Below are positions 37,300 through 51,181 of a stretch of 64,000 nucleotides of DNA, in pieces. Numbering within the stretch: the first letter of the stretch is position 1; each line of letters starts with the position of its first letter. The notes under the pieces are model-generated. The model was not told where the DNA came from. It worked only from the letters and a program-made list of their open reading frames with translations, and did not search any database. The DNA is from Paragordius varius (lineage: Eukaryota; Animalia; Nematomorpha), in NCBI GenBank assembly GCA_964247055.1, contig OZ176051.1, positions 1,550,001-1,614,000 on the forward strand, written 5' to 3'. A program made the translations under genes and the position numbers.

Positions 37300-40200
37300 A
37301 TGGTTATAAGATATTATTTGATTTGTATTTTAATAAATCCGGCCACTACTGAGTATCTAAAAGATCCTTATGGAAATTTTAAACACGATCCAAGTATGCT
37401 TAAATAATACGCTTTTCCAACAAATTTTAATTTTAAAATTTTTCAAGTTCAACATTTTTTCCTACAAAACAATATTTTTTAAATGAAAAACAACATTTAC
37501 CAACATCTACAATTTTTTTAGTATAAGAGAAATCGAAAGTCTATTAATAGAATAACATGCCCATATTTTAATTATCTTAAGAGACTAATAATATAAGTAG
37601 TAAATTTTTAATTTTTTGCTAATAAACGGTATCTAGCATTCAATTTAATTTGCTAATTATATTCATTTTTTCATGGGCTATCATAGTCAAAACGTCTTTA
37701 ATTACTCTTTGTGTTCTCCAACCTTCATAAAAATAGATGTGATAAAAATAATTTTTACAGTTTCTATCAAGCAATATTCCGGGAAATGTCTTGAGTAACC
37801 CATATCAATTTAAATACTATTATCTATAAATTATTTTTGTATTCGCCGAATATGGTCGAACAATATTCAAGCCCTATTTTTTGGAAAAAAATATCCATTT
37901 AAAATGTCATTTTGAGAGGGTATAAACGGTGCATTTTATTACTCTATACTTAATATTAATATAAATGTGCATAGTGTCTTTGAAGCCAAGCTAAAATTCA
38001 ATTTTGATCATTTTTATATTAATAATACACAGGCAAAAAATGTGATAGTTTTTTAGTTTTTTTGTATTAAGCCTCCTTTTGTAACAATGGTATTAATTTC
38101 AAAAGCTACGAGTTTTATGAAAATCGCTACTTGCCCGAAAACCATGATCATAAGTCGAGCTAAAAATCCATGAACTTTTATAATAGCATGATTCTGAAAG
38201 AGATGCAATTTATCGAATCTTGCTTATTGTCTAAATCAGGGGTGTCCAACATGCGGCCCTCCGAGCTCCGAGACTTTATATGCGGCCCGCAAAAAATTTT
38301 TTAATTTTTTATTTTTCAAAAATACGCTAATAAAATCTAGGCAAAATTAATATTTATTAAACAATTTTTTCTAAATAAATCAATCCGATTGGCAAAAATA
38401 GGAAAAAAATTGTTTTATTGCGTTGGTATTATGCAGTCTAATGTTTAAAATCTAATAAATTTAATGCCGATAAATAATTATGTGGGCCCACGAAACCATT
38501 TGTGTTGGACACCCTTGGTGTAAATGCACACTGTCAAAATCTACACAACATATCTTCAATTAATAACCACTAATATTAATTTATGTGTGAGCATCTCTCA
38601 CCATAATATGATTAGTAGAATTAAATTAAATATTAAGCCAATTTTGATGTTAATATCGTCCACTTAAGCACAGCGACAGGTAATAGGTTAGATCCTCTAG
38701 CTAAAATTATGGGAAGTATTTTGAATTGACAGAAAGTTATATTTTATGTTTTTAAAATATTTGTTTATGTCTAGGGTGTGATTGTGACACCCTTCGATCC
38801 ACAAACAAATGCGATCCTAATGGGCAATGCGAATGTCTTTCTGGCTTTTATGGACATAACTGCACTCATGGTTTGTTAATGCTTTTTTAATATTTATTAA
38901 ACTTTTCTTACGCCTTTAATATTCTATGATAATTATACGTTTAGATTGTGCGTGCTTGAATCCAAACACTAAAATATGTGATCCTTATGACGGAAATTGC
39001 TATTGCACCTATCTCTTTACCAATCCTCTCTGCGCACACCGTAAAATTTAACCATTTTTACTAAATGCACTATATTAGAAAAAAATGCTAAACACTAATT
39101 AAATTATTATCTTATGTTAGGATGCGATTGCGTGGCCGAAAACACTGAATCGTGTTTTATGAAAAAATGCAATTGTAAAGCCGCAAATTTTGGTCCCAGA
39201 TGCGAAAATAGTATTTTAATATCATTTAATCATTTAAACTAAACTGCTCATCTAGTTTGTATTTTACCATTCTTGTTTCTAATTTGCCTCGCCAGCAAAT
39301 TGGCCTATCGTATGTCAATCTAATAAAATCAAAAAATGGCTTTTTAATCATCGGCTAAACCTTGTTATGCTGCCGTAAATTGTAAAAAAATATTTAAAAA
39401 GATTCCGTTTGCTCGCCTATAAAATGATAATTTATTAAACGGGCTGAAAAAAATGTATTCGTTTTTCCATATTTTGTTTTATAAACTAAAAATGTGCTTT
39501 AAAATTACATAGCCTATACACATCATACTTTGGAAGCAATTTTTTGGGCATTTATTGCCATTATAAAGGACTAACTTAGAAAGGTCTCCCAGGTTGCTCA
39601 AAATAGTTGAATTCTCTATAGCCATTAATAAATTCAGATGCACACATACATTCTTTAGTCTATTTAAAAGCGCGTTCGCTTTTCGTCCATTTCCAACACT
39701 AAATATGGCATAAACTAAAAATTGCACATTTTTAAATTTAACGGCCCAATTGAGTCAAATATATACTTTTTTATTTTGTTATCAGTTCATTACCTTTTGG
39801 GGTAGTTTTATATTCCAAAATTTGAAATTTTAATATCTTAAAAAGTATTTAAATTACGAATTTAAAAATATGCTTTCTTTAGTCTTTTAGGCGCATTATA
39901 CAATTTTTTTTAAAAAATGTAAAATTGTAAAATAATCCTCATCTCAAACTTTTTTGGCCGCCATTTTTTACGATAAATTTATTAAATCGCTTCTTCAACA
40001 GGCAAATAAATATATACTATATTATGGTTAAAAAATGAAAATAATTAACTTTAAGAAGCTTAATGCTACATTTTACCTACAAAAACCTGATTTATTTTGA
40101 TTTATATCAGTTGTTCGTTCGAATCGTTTTTTGGAGCTGTGTCAATTTCAAACTCTAAAAGTCACAAAACTGTAAAATATATAAGATTTTTTATCTAATT

Positions 40201-43200
40201 GAGAACGATGTTTGATAATGTAATATTAACTAAAATAATTTTCAAAACTTTGTTATATATGCAAAATTGAGCTCTGAGATATAAAACTAGCCCAAAAGAA
40301 AAACTGTGACAAAAAAGTGAAAGGGTAATGAAGTGTTAATTTTTCGTTACTTTTATTTTAACTTATATGTTTAGAATGCGACTGTAATGCGACAAATTCC
40401 CGCAGTATCTTATGCAGTGAAATTGGGCTTTGTGATTGTAGACTAGGATACTATGGCAGAAAATGTAATCTAGGTATATCTCTATTTATATGAAAAGTAT
40501 TTTAAAACTTAAGAAGCTATAAAAAATTTGGGATGTTTTCGCCTTATTTATAAAATAATACATTTAAAAAATACTTTTGGATGCCATATATGGACCTTAA
40601 TCTGATTTACAGCATATAAGCATATTTTTTGCCCTAAAATGCGATGTAATAGATGTGAAAAAAACAGAGAGTCTAGGATAGCGCTGTCTAACACAAATGG
40701 CCTCGCAGGACCATTTTTACATAAAAAATCCGACGGGCCTCATTCGCAAAATATATGGTCATTTATAGATATCTCATTTAATTTCAATCATAAGACTCCC
40801 AAACCACTGTTTATTTTAACAGTTGTTATGTATTGCCGAAATTCGGAAAGACTTATCCAGAATATATGTTTAACTCTTGCATACAACACATTCATTTCAA
40901 TCCTTCGATTTCAATTGTGGTCGTACCCCAAGCTTAGTTAAATTAAATTCAAAAAATATAGAACATGGCAAAAGTTTGCACTTATATAAACCGAATTATA
41001 AAAAAAATCATTAAAATTGATATTTTAAGGTAAAACTCAAAGGTAGGGATTTAATCAACATGACATGTATGCATTAGCTATATTTAAAAATAATGCAAAA
41101 TAAACCACTTTTTCTGTTTCTCTCAATGTTAGATGTGATTTAAATAAAAAATTAGCTTTAGTTTTAGCTTTTAAATTAAATAAACAGGATATTTTGTAAA
41201 AATGTTGTTAAATAAAAATGGTGTTGAAGTAGTTTAATATGTTTTTTTTTCAAAAGTATATTTTATTTATATATCGGCTTAATATATTTTTTAGGATAGA
41301 AGCATAAGCTAAATTGGGACCGTTTTTAGTAGTTTTAACATCAATTTAAATATTGTCTCGGGTATTAAGATACCTCAATAAATATTTTGCAAGGCTTCGT
41401 GTTGAACACCTCTGGTCTAGGTTCGGGCGTAGGTAAAATTTTCTGACCTTTTGTTTCCTTATCATTTTCCTATTCACAACAAAATATGAAATTCTTGAGT
41501 CGGGAAAAGATACGAATATAATATAACACAGGAGTACAATATTAAAAAGTAAGAATTTTTAAAATTAAAGTATTTTACCTTTAGCATATTAAAATATTAA
41601 AATTATAGAAGGTTAAAGTTTAAACGAAAAAGTTTTCAAAGTAAATTATAATTTTTTCATCCGCTATACTGTATATACCCCTAAAAATACTGCTATATAT
41701 AATTTTATACTAATAAAAAGTTAAATGGTCTTAAGATTAAATTTTTCAAATTTGCTAGAATGTGAATGTGGAGAAACTGCCATATCACCTTTGTGTGATG
41801 CGTCTGGGGACTGTCACTGCAAAGACATGTTGTATGGAAAAACATGCGATAAAGGTATTGATAAAAAAATTTAGTTCATGATAAATATTAGCAAATATTA
41901 TAAAAACAGAGCAACTTTATTATTATTTAACCATATTTATTTAAGTTTACGAGATAAATATGAGAAATGAAAATGTCTAAGGTACACAGCGGGGTACAGC
42001 AATTAAAACTTAATAGTATATCTGCCAACATCATAAATTAACCTGAAATAAATAATGATTTTAACGTCCATATTATATAATGATATTTATATTATAATTA
42101 CATAATTAATATCGGAATATCCCTCATCATACATACATATATATAAATGCTAAGACAAAGCAATGTAACCTGACCAGTTTCAAAAAAAAGACCATCATCC
42201 TATAAACCTATTTAACCAGCAATGCTTTTTATGTTATAAAAGGTTATAACCAAATACCCCTTCAGCCCAAAACAAAAAAACATATAAAAAAAATTAGCGG
42301 TAAATTTCCTTTATAAAATTGGCTTAACTTTCTATATTATACCAAAACGAAAGGTCTTAACACTGAACTTTAAATTTTTTCCTGCTAAATTCTAGTGTGT
42401 TTGTGCAACGAAACTGGTTCACAACACAATACGTGTGGGCAAAATGATGGATATTGTTTTTGCCGAGACGGGTTTACTGGTGTCCACTGTGAGAAAAGTA
42501 AATTTGCTGACATTTTTTAAATTTATGTAATAATAACTATTTTAATTGTAAATTTCAAAAATTACTAGCTTGCAATTGCTCCCAGACAGGATCCTTACAT
42601 TCTTCTTGCGATCAATATGGTTTCTGCAGTTGTTTACCAAACTATTATGGACAATTCTGTCACAAAAGTACCCTTTGATCAAACGAATGAGAATTTTTAA
42701 CTTGTTTTTCCTTAAAGCGTATCTTGTTCTAAACCTATAATTTATGATATCTTTATTTCTATAAGAGTCTAAAGTGATTTGCCATAAGGCTACTTTTATC
42801 AATATATGGGTTAAAATTTACAGTATATATATATCTGATAATATAACTATTTCATTCATTCAAAAAGAATGCCAATGCCAACACAGTATAAATGACGACA
42901 TCTATTGCAACAATGAAGGACAATGTAAATGTAAAAAGACTCATTGGGGCCGTGATTGTGAGAAACGTATATAATAATAATAATATTACCCTATATTGGG
43001 AACATATAGGAACATTAAGAAATCTATTTATAAAAATCAATGGCGAAACTAAGAGTAATTTTCTCTGCCACAAATAAATAATTTGTAATACAACTTTAAC
43101 GTTTGTATATAGCAAGAGACCTTATCAAAAAACGAAGTAAGAGAAACTACCAAATCTAATTTGTTGTTACCCGCTGTTTATTAGTGGATTGTGATTATTT

Positions 43201-45061
43201 ATCATTATTCAAATAAAAATGGCTAAAATGGCTGCACACGAGCGATAATACACTTTTTTAAATACGCGAGTTCGAAATTTTCAAAACATATCGCATTCAC
43301 TGATATATTTAATTTTAAATAGATACACAGTATAAAATTATGCAGACAAAACGTAAAAACTATAGGACAATTATTTAATAAAACAGACAACCATGCTTTT
43401 TAAAGCTTGAATTTACAATTTAAAATATATAACTGAGTATGTACCATTATATTTTGCAACCCAAAACGATGAGTTATATTTTAAATAATAAAGTTGCAAA
43501 TAAATATGGCAGTCTTTTAAATATCTTTCGATTGTTACCTTTTATCTATTTCATTTCTTGTTGTACTCAGGCTGTAGATGTAATGTGACACAATCGTTGA
43601 CTGAATTTTGTGACTACAGAGGACACTGCCAATGTATCGCTGGTTACCATGGAAACAAATGTCAAAGAAGTGAGAATAATAAGGGCTGTTAAATAATTTT
43701 AATAATATAATTTTTGTGTCAGGATGTAAGTATTGTGAGTCCAAACTCAGCGAATGTGATAATAATGGATATTGCAAATGCCCCAAAGGATTTTACGGCC
43801 GTAAATGTAAACAAGGTAATTATATAAATCTATATTTTTATGAAAATGTAAATTGTTGATTTTAAAAGCAATTATCCTAAAAGAATGTACGCCCATTCAA
43901 ATACTATGAAATATAATTTAAAAATGCGACGAGTGTGGCGGACCCTTTAAATTTACTTATTGTTTCCTCCTCTAGTGTGAAAAGGGTTTCCATTTAACAT
44001 AGTACTTATTGTTCATAAAATAAAATCATAAATTCAAAGTTTTTTTAACTATTTACTTAGTTTTTTAAATTCTGAAAATTTTCTGAACTCAAATAACAAA
44101 TTCATTTGACCAAATTTATACATACATAGCGTCATAAATATCGGGTTAACATTTGTACGTTTAGGGACACTCAATTTTTTAGAAGTGTACAATGAGTTTT
44201 TCGCAATTCAAAAATGTTTGGGGGTCAAAAAATATATACGCCGTGCTTTTTTTAATTCACCATAAAGTATGGGAAAAGGTTAAGCAGTTTCTAAAAATAA
44301 GAATGATATTTAGCAAAACACAATTATATACATTAGTTTTAGCATTATTACTTATACTTATTTTAAAGATTCTTTGATAATGATAACAGGCTATAGATTT
44401 AAAGGGTTTAGGAAGCGCCAGATTCTTACACAGTGTGTACCAGACTTTTAGATTTTCCATCATTGTTGTCAACACTTGGCGCGCGAGTGTCAAAGTTTAA
44501 ATAGGTCTTGGTACAATTTTAGCTCAAAAAAAGAGACTCTACAGTGTATATAACATCCTTAAATATTAGTAAAGCCCCAATGCTTTTTGTAAAATATATT
44601 AATACTCCACGTCCTAAATGGTTATAGCCAATATACTCATAATCAGTTGTTTCACATTTGATTTTAGGCATTTATTTCTATCATATGGTGTTCAACCCCG
44701 AAATTTTTTTTGGAATCTGAAAGCCCACATTCTCTATTTAAAAAATGAGGCTACCAAAACATACCGATTTCAAATTATACTCTGTGATATATTCTAGAAA
44801 GGTATGTATGCGGTAAAATATACACGAATGAGTGGTATTCGCATAAATCAGCCAGAATTGTAAATGGTATTACTCCCAACAATCCAATACCATGGTATAC
44901 TTTTGTTACTTCATATATCTTGATACATTTTAATCAGTAAAAATGATATATTATTGATGATTTGGAAATTTTAAAAATGCAAATTAAAATGATATAATTT
45001 TGATGATTCGGAAATTTTAAAAATGCAACATGCTTTTTCTGCGATAATTTGGTTTAAATTT

Positions 45062-45107
<46 letters not shown>

Positions 45108-48100
45108 GATAATTATTTTTGGATTTAATTATAAGAGAAAAAATTGGTAGTTTTTTATTAAATATAGTTAGATTGCATTTACAATAAAGAAAATAGTATT
45201 GACTAATAAAATTAAAAAACGAACAAAAAATCCTACCCTTTGCTGCATATGCCATGTGGCAGTATTTAATGAAAAACTAGCAATGTATACTTATTCATAC
45301 TGGATATTCCTTTCCTGTTACTAGGTTAGTGCGAATATTCATAAACAGTACATGGGTATGCAATGGTGTTATTGTTCACGATTTCTATGTGTTAACTTTG
45401 GGAGATTGCTTTGAGAAAACAGAAATAGACTCTGCCATTACATTAATTTTAGGAGATTACTCGCACGATTTATTGGATTTAAGTGAAAGAACCTACACTG
45501 TGAAAAGTATTAAATTTAGCCCAAGTAATATACCAAATAAAGTCTTATGTGTTTAAACCTTGGCAAAATTTTAGACATTTTAAAAATTTAGATAGGATTA
45601 TTATATTGAAAAAATGACAATACAAGCATCATCAACAATATAATAAAATAACTCAAATAGATTATATCTTGTGACCAATAAAAAAAATTATTTTACATTT
45701 CCCTAGCAGTTATTAGTAATTTCTTAAAATAAAAACGTTTCATATTTTGTGAAAATTATATTTTTTCAAATTTATGCCCAAAAAAGTTGATCTAAATAAT
45801 GTGTCGGTATTATCTTTGAGTCGAAACCCCAACCCTCAAGATCCGAAAATATTTCCCAGTCAATACCAAATCAACTAAAATTTAATTCTTTAAAGAAAAA
45901 ATTATTGCGCCCCCCCCTCACCCCTCTTCCCAAAGAAACAATAAAAATGCAAAATTTATTATAAGCATGTGTGGATTTAGCCTTTTGACGCTATTTAATT
46001 TTTTTATGTTATAATATTTGATAAGAATCAGTTGATAAATAATTAGGACAATATATGTGAATGTATTACAATAACAATGATAACTTCCCAGTACGTTAAC
46101 TCGATGATTGATTATTTTAAATTAAATTATATTAGATAAAAAAACATTCAAATAATAATAAACATTATGTTTAATAATAAATGATCGTTTTTACAAATTC
46201 CCCCTCCCCCATCCCCCTAGATTTTTCTAGGCCACCTATCTGATCGAAAGCTTGCTCAAAAATTCATATTTTGCAAATTCGATACTTCATAACTAAAATA
46301 AGGCGCTTTCAAATATAGATATATTAAATTGATATACAGTATGAGTGACCAAACATATATTATTTATTATATATTGCCAGATAATATAAAAAACAAGAGA
46401 ATTATCATTAAATGAGAAAAAGGGTAACATTAAATTTAAGCCTTTAATATTTTTCCTTGCTATATATGCTATCTGGTAATTAATGAAAAACAGCAATATA
46501 TATTAAAGTGAAATGTGTTAAAAACGATTTTTAATTTAAATTATGCTTATTTTTTTAAAACAGAGATCAATGATAACATAATGCGCCTGGCCATTTTAAA
46601 GTTGAGAAAAACAATTTTGTTCAATTCATTTCTGCAACCCGTGTGCCTGGGAACACCTGAAACATCTGCTTTCTCAAGCAATCGCTTTTTCGCTGATTGG
46701 GGTTACAGAAGTATGTGGCAATTATATTTAAAGCATAAGTAAAATAAATTCTACGCAAATGTATGATATATAGTGCATTTAGTATTATTTAAAATAAAAT
46801 AGAATCACATTTGTTTAATGTCGGGCGACGTGCAAAAATGCCAAGATTGTGTGATAAAAATTTTAATTGATAAATTTTTACATCAAAAAGTTTTTTCAGA
46901 AAAACTTTTAAATCCAAATTTTGTTGAAGCGTACTTCCTACTATTTTGAGGCATGATGATAACGGTATAAAAACCTTATATGATATTATAAAAGCATATT
47001 TTTTAAATGATTCGATGATGCTAAAAATTTATATCTCTCAGAATTTTAATTTTTGTATTTGGGTGATTGTTTGTAAAAAAAATTATAAAATTGGATGACG
47101 AAGGAATAATTTAATCAGAATTCTGAGGTGATATAGATATTCAGCATCATCGGAATATACAGAAGCGAAAAATTTTGGACTTTCGGAGCCTACATCTAAA
47201 AATCAAAATTTGTTAAAAAAATTGTTTGGCTTTTATATCTTTATGATATATTTTAGTGATATTTTTGGAATGAAGCCTTTAGCTTTCAACAAATAAAATT
47301 TATTTTAAAAAATGTGATCAAATTGCCATTTTCATCTGATATGAACCACTAACCACAAAATACATACGAACTTTCTTATAGCTTTCGCAGCGGACAAAAC
47401 CAAAAGCACCATAATAATTCAGATCATTTCCCTAAGAGAATATGTATTTTTTATAGCCCCATATTTTGAATGCATTGTTATAAGTTGAGGTTATTATGAC
47501 TGCAGCTACACATCTGTCTTTACAATATCTGTTTATTTTTTAAAACATTTTGCAGTTTATCTTTTTTCAAGTAACTACTTCTTTTATTTAAACATGTTAC
47601 GCAGTGTTTGGATTTAGTGGGCAAAAATTTTGGGAGAATGTCTAAATCTAATTATAATTTAAATTGTAATGGTAAATGACGATTGATTAAGTTTTGTAAT
47701 AACAGTTGTAAAATCCGTAATATAATGATAATCGAAAATTAAATAGAAAATTATAGAAACAAAAAAAAGAGTGCTTCTTAGTTATTAAATTGATTTCTAT
47801 GAAATCCCCAAGTAGCTATACTCTAAATCGAGGGTAACCTAGTGTTAATTTTCAGTTTATTCAAATTTTCAGTTTAATTTTCATAAATGTCAATTAAATT
47901 TAATTTAAATTCGTATAACCGACTACATCTATACCAAAATTGCAAAGTTGGATATTTATACGGAATCGATATCCCCAAGTCAAATAGTTGTGTCGTACGG
48001 ATGAAGGCTAACAAGCACAAAACTAGTCTACGATTACTATTGACGAAGCTTTCACATATCGTTTATAATTTCTGTTAATAATTATCTTTCTATTAATTTT

Positions 48101-51100
48101 CTATTTAATTTTAGACATTATATTACGGATTTTACAATTGTTATTATAATTTAGTTTTGGGTAGGAACTGCAATCGGATGATTATATTTTTTAAAGCTCC
48201 TTTCTTTTTAAAAAGAATGAATAAAATACAATAAGTTTCAGTTTCAATTTTAATTAATACTAACAAAATTGGTATAAAAACTTTTTCAATCATGGCTGTA
48301 ATAACTAAAATCTGCAAAAATATTTTATCACAATAAAAAATTTACTTAAAGTCATATATAATAATTATATATTTAATTATTTACATTTATATGTTACTAA
48401 TTTAAGACATGTACGCGCAATCCTCAACAGTGAAAACAGGTATATTCCAATCCATAGACACTGTTGAATGCCAAAAATATCTAGAATTCGGGGTAGAACT
48501 TCCCCCATTTTGGATGTGTGCCATTCCTCATACAAACGAATTCTCTTGCCTTGGTAAACTTGGTACGCCTCTCACGTATGTGGAAGAAAGTAAATCTAAA
48601 TCATTAAACTATTTTATTAAAACACTAGCAATGTGCTGGGGGGGTTATTTGAAAAAAGGGACAGTAAAATGATCCACATATGTGGATTATTTCGAAAAAT
48701 TATTTAATAGCTATGATCTCATAGGAATTATAATACGGTGCATTCATACATTGATTGTTTACTTGAGGGAAAAATAGATTTAAAAAAATATTTATACGTA
48801 TGATAGAAACTCCTTACTCAGCAGCTATCATTAAAGAAACGCTTGACTAAAATTTTTGCCTTTTAACAGGCAATACGAAAAAACCTTCTCAAATTTTTTG
48901 AGTCTCATACCTTGGGCAAAAAAATACAATCAAAAAATTATTTTTGTGGACTTTGTTTTTTTTTGAAAAAAATGGCATTTTACAGGGGTAGCGGGTAAAA
49001 AGAGGGCCTAAATCATTAAAGTGAGTAGACTATGTTCAGCGTGATCAAAAATAAGTAAACAAAAATCATATTTGAAATTGAATGGTCCAACACGTTCTCC
49101 AAAAAATTGACTTAACCCATTTTTCACACGGGGTGGGCCCGAACTGGGGACCTAATTCCAAAAAAGGGCGAAGCTATTGTCGGGGCATTCATCAATGATT
49201 ATATTTTTTCGTTGTTTGGATTTGAATGGGTCTACAGGTTTTCCGGAAACAGATCACAAAGTTACATGAGAAATCAGTTTTTCGCGGGTAGCTCCTTACC
49301 CAGCAACTATCATCAAAAAAACTCTTGGCGAAAATGTTTGCCTTTTAACAGAAAATACGTGGAATCCATATTGAATCTTTACGGCCTCATACCTTGGTCG
49401 AAAAATAGACTTAAAAAAATATTTTTGTGGACTTTGTTTTTTGAAAAAGGTGGCATTTTACGGGGGGAGCGGGTAAAAAGAGGGCCTAAATCAAAAAAGT
49501 GACTCCATTATGTTTGGCGCAATCGAAAATAACTAAATAAAAATCATATTTGAAACTGAATGAACCAACACGTTCTCCGGAAAATTGTCTCAAAGACACG
49601 ATTTTTGTGGTTTTCAAAAAAAACCCGTTTTTCACACGGGGTGGGCCCGAACTGGGGGCCTATTTGAAAAAAAGGGCGAAGCTATTGTCGGGGCATTCAT
49701 TAATGATTATATTTTTTCGATGTTTGGATTTGAATGGGTCTACCGTTTTTCCTGTACCAGATAACAAAGCCAGCATTTTCCATTTTTATAAATATATATT
49801 CAAATTTACATAGAGTGAAGACTATTTCACATTGATTAAATATAGGTTCAAACTCCACATAAGAGTAATAAATGCCAAAAACCGCCAAACAGTTGATTAT
49901 AAAATGTTTAACTTATTAAATATCGCAAAAACTACGGTTGAACTTATAATTTTATATATGCTAAAATTGTTCACAACACTGGACAACAAATATTTCTCCA
50001 ACTCGAGTTGATGGCTTTTTCTGATAATTATTTTCATTTTGACAGTAAATCTGAAAATAAAATAATTCTACCTATACAATTTGTTTCTTATGGTTATGCG
50101 CCCTCTTAAAATCTTACAAGAATATTTTTTCATTGAAAATTTATAACAAATGCCCATTTGTAATATATTACTCAGATCTGTAATGAAAATTCCATAAAAT
50201 GCATAATAATGTTTTACATCGTTAGATAATATTGGAGATAGAAAGCTACAAAATTTGAAAGTTAGAGCGCTTTTCTCAATTAATATATTTTTAAAACTAA
50301 TTGATTCATAATAGATCAAACTTTGTGTAGATGGCGATGAATGTTAAAAAAAATAACACAAGAAAGTTTTTGTAATTAAACCACTTATTTATTGCTTTTG
50401 TCATTCAAAACCTCCATTTTATTTTTCGTTTTTTAAAAAATTACCATTTCATCAATATTAATTTATTTCTTTAGGAAGTTTATAATTGTAAAACTTCAAC
50501 GACTAGAAATAAAATTTATGGTTTTTTTTAATTTTTTATATCACCATTTACAAATGATTTTTGTTTAAATAACAAACTAAAAGTTTATTGAGAATTTTTT
50601 TTAAATTTTATAAATATAACACTAATTATTAAATTAAAATAAATTCTATGATTTTAAATTAGTTGGTCTTTAGAAAATATTGACTTATTTATGTGTTGAA
50701 TATTTTGACCTTATAAATCTAAATAACTTTACATCATTGATTTATATGACTAACTAAAATAAAATATATGTAAATCTATATATATAAACTATATCCATTT
50801 TGTGTATTAAACAAGTATGCAGGGACTAAATTTGATACTAGCTTAACATATTTTGGTTTTTTGCATTCTCTTATAAGTTTTTTTTTCAGATTCTCATCAT
50901 AACCCTCAAAACGGGCCAGAGGACCCCAAAATTTCATACATTATTTATATTTTTAATAAGTCCATTTTAAAATTATAGATACGCATTATTTAATGGGACT
51001 ATTTGTTGAGGGAACACAAGATTGCTTGAGGCCAAAACCTTCATTCTTTCTTAACGTCTCAAACTTTAATCATTGGATTCAATTAGAAATTCGTTCATAT

Positions 51101-51181
51101 GATACTGAAGAGGAAACTTACAATTATACCGGAATGCATGGTCCCATCATAGAACCGCAAGGGGATCTCATATTTAATTAA
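37300..51181 (+). CDS. Secreted protein: signal peptide + nine 6-Cys EGF/laminin-EGF-like modules + non-catalytic trypsin-like domain, 16 exons, ~611 aa
   Basis: Exons: 37300-37393 (MVIRYYLICILINPATT...), 38638-38679, EGF exons 38775-38870, 38945-39040, 39121-39210, 40375-40473, 41759-41854, 42396-42497, 42868-42966, 43571-43669, 43723-43815, and protease exons 44798-44894, 45325-45524, 46564-46710, 48407-48589, 50979-51181. They total 1836 nt in frame with GT-AG junctions. Trypsin landmarks: CG...R|IVNG...PWLVRI...CNG...VLTLGDC, LAILKL...QPVCL...WG, C...MCA...SCLGKLGTPL, LMGL...C...NVSNFNHWI. The first two exons are less certain. Confidence 0.82.
38237..38517. mobile_element. hAT (Buster/Charlie-like) MITE with 8-bp TSD; related copies at ~57809-58083 and ~58887-59128, isolated ends at ~17185-17198 and ~41400-41414
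   Basis: TIRs caggggtgtccaac / gttggacacccttg. Flanks gtctaaat and gtgtaaat match at 7/8 positions and have a central TA. Confidence 0.8.
39790..40305. mobile_element. MITE family C (related pieces at ~32975-33400, ~29640-29810, ~56030-56260)
   Basis: Imperfect TIRs ttttggggtagttttatat / atataaaactagcccaaaa. The internal block cgcttcttcaacaggcaaataaat is shared with ~33098. Confidence 0.6.
40874..41385. mobile_element. TTAA MITE family B copy (right end disrupted)
   Basis: ttaa|ctcttgcatacaacacattc, with the same internal blocks as 29828-30451 and 52363-52875. Confidence 0.65.
47620..48075 (+). ncRNA. Decayed hammerhead-containing repeat, copy 2
   Basis: gtcgta-CGGATGA-aggc-taacaa-gcac-AAAAC-TA-GTC-tacgat at 47992-48034. 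Stem I is intact (TCGTA/TACGA) but the core has two substitutions. Confidence 0.45.
48630..49797. repeat. Repeat family A, copy 4, inverted, inside an intron of the EGF/protease-homolog gene
   Basis: Reverse complement of copy 3 blocks. gggtgggcccgaactggg occurs twice about 500 bp apart (~49132, ~49640). Confidence 0.85.
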
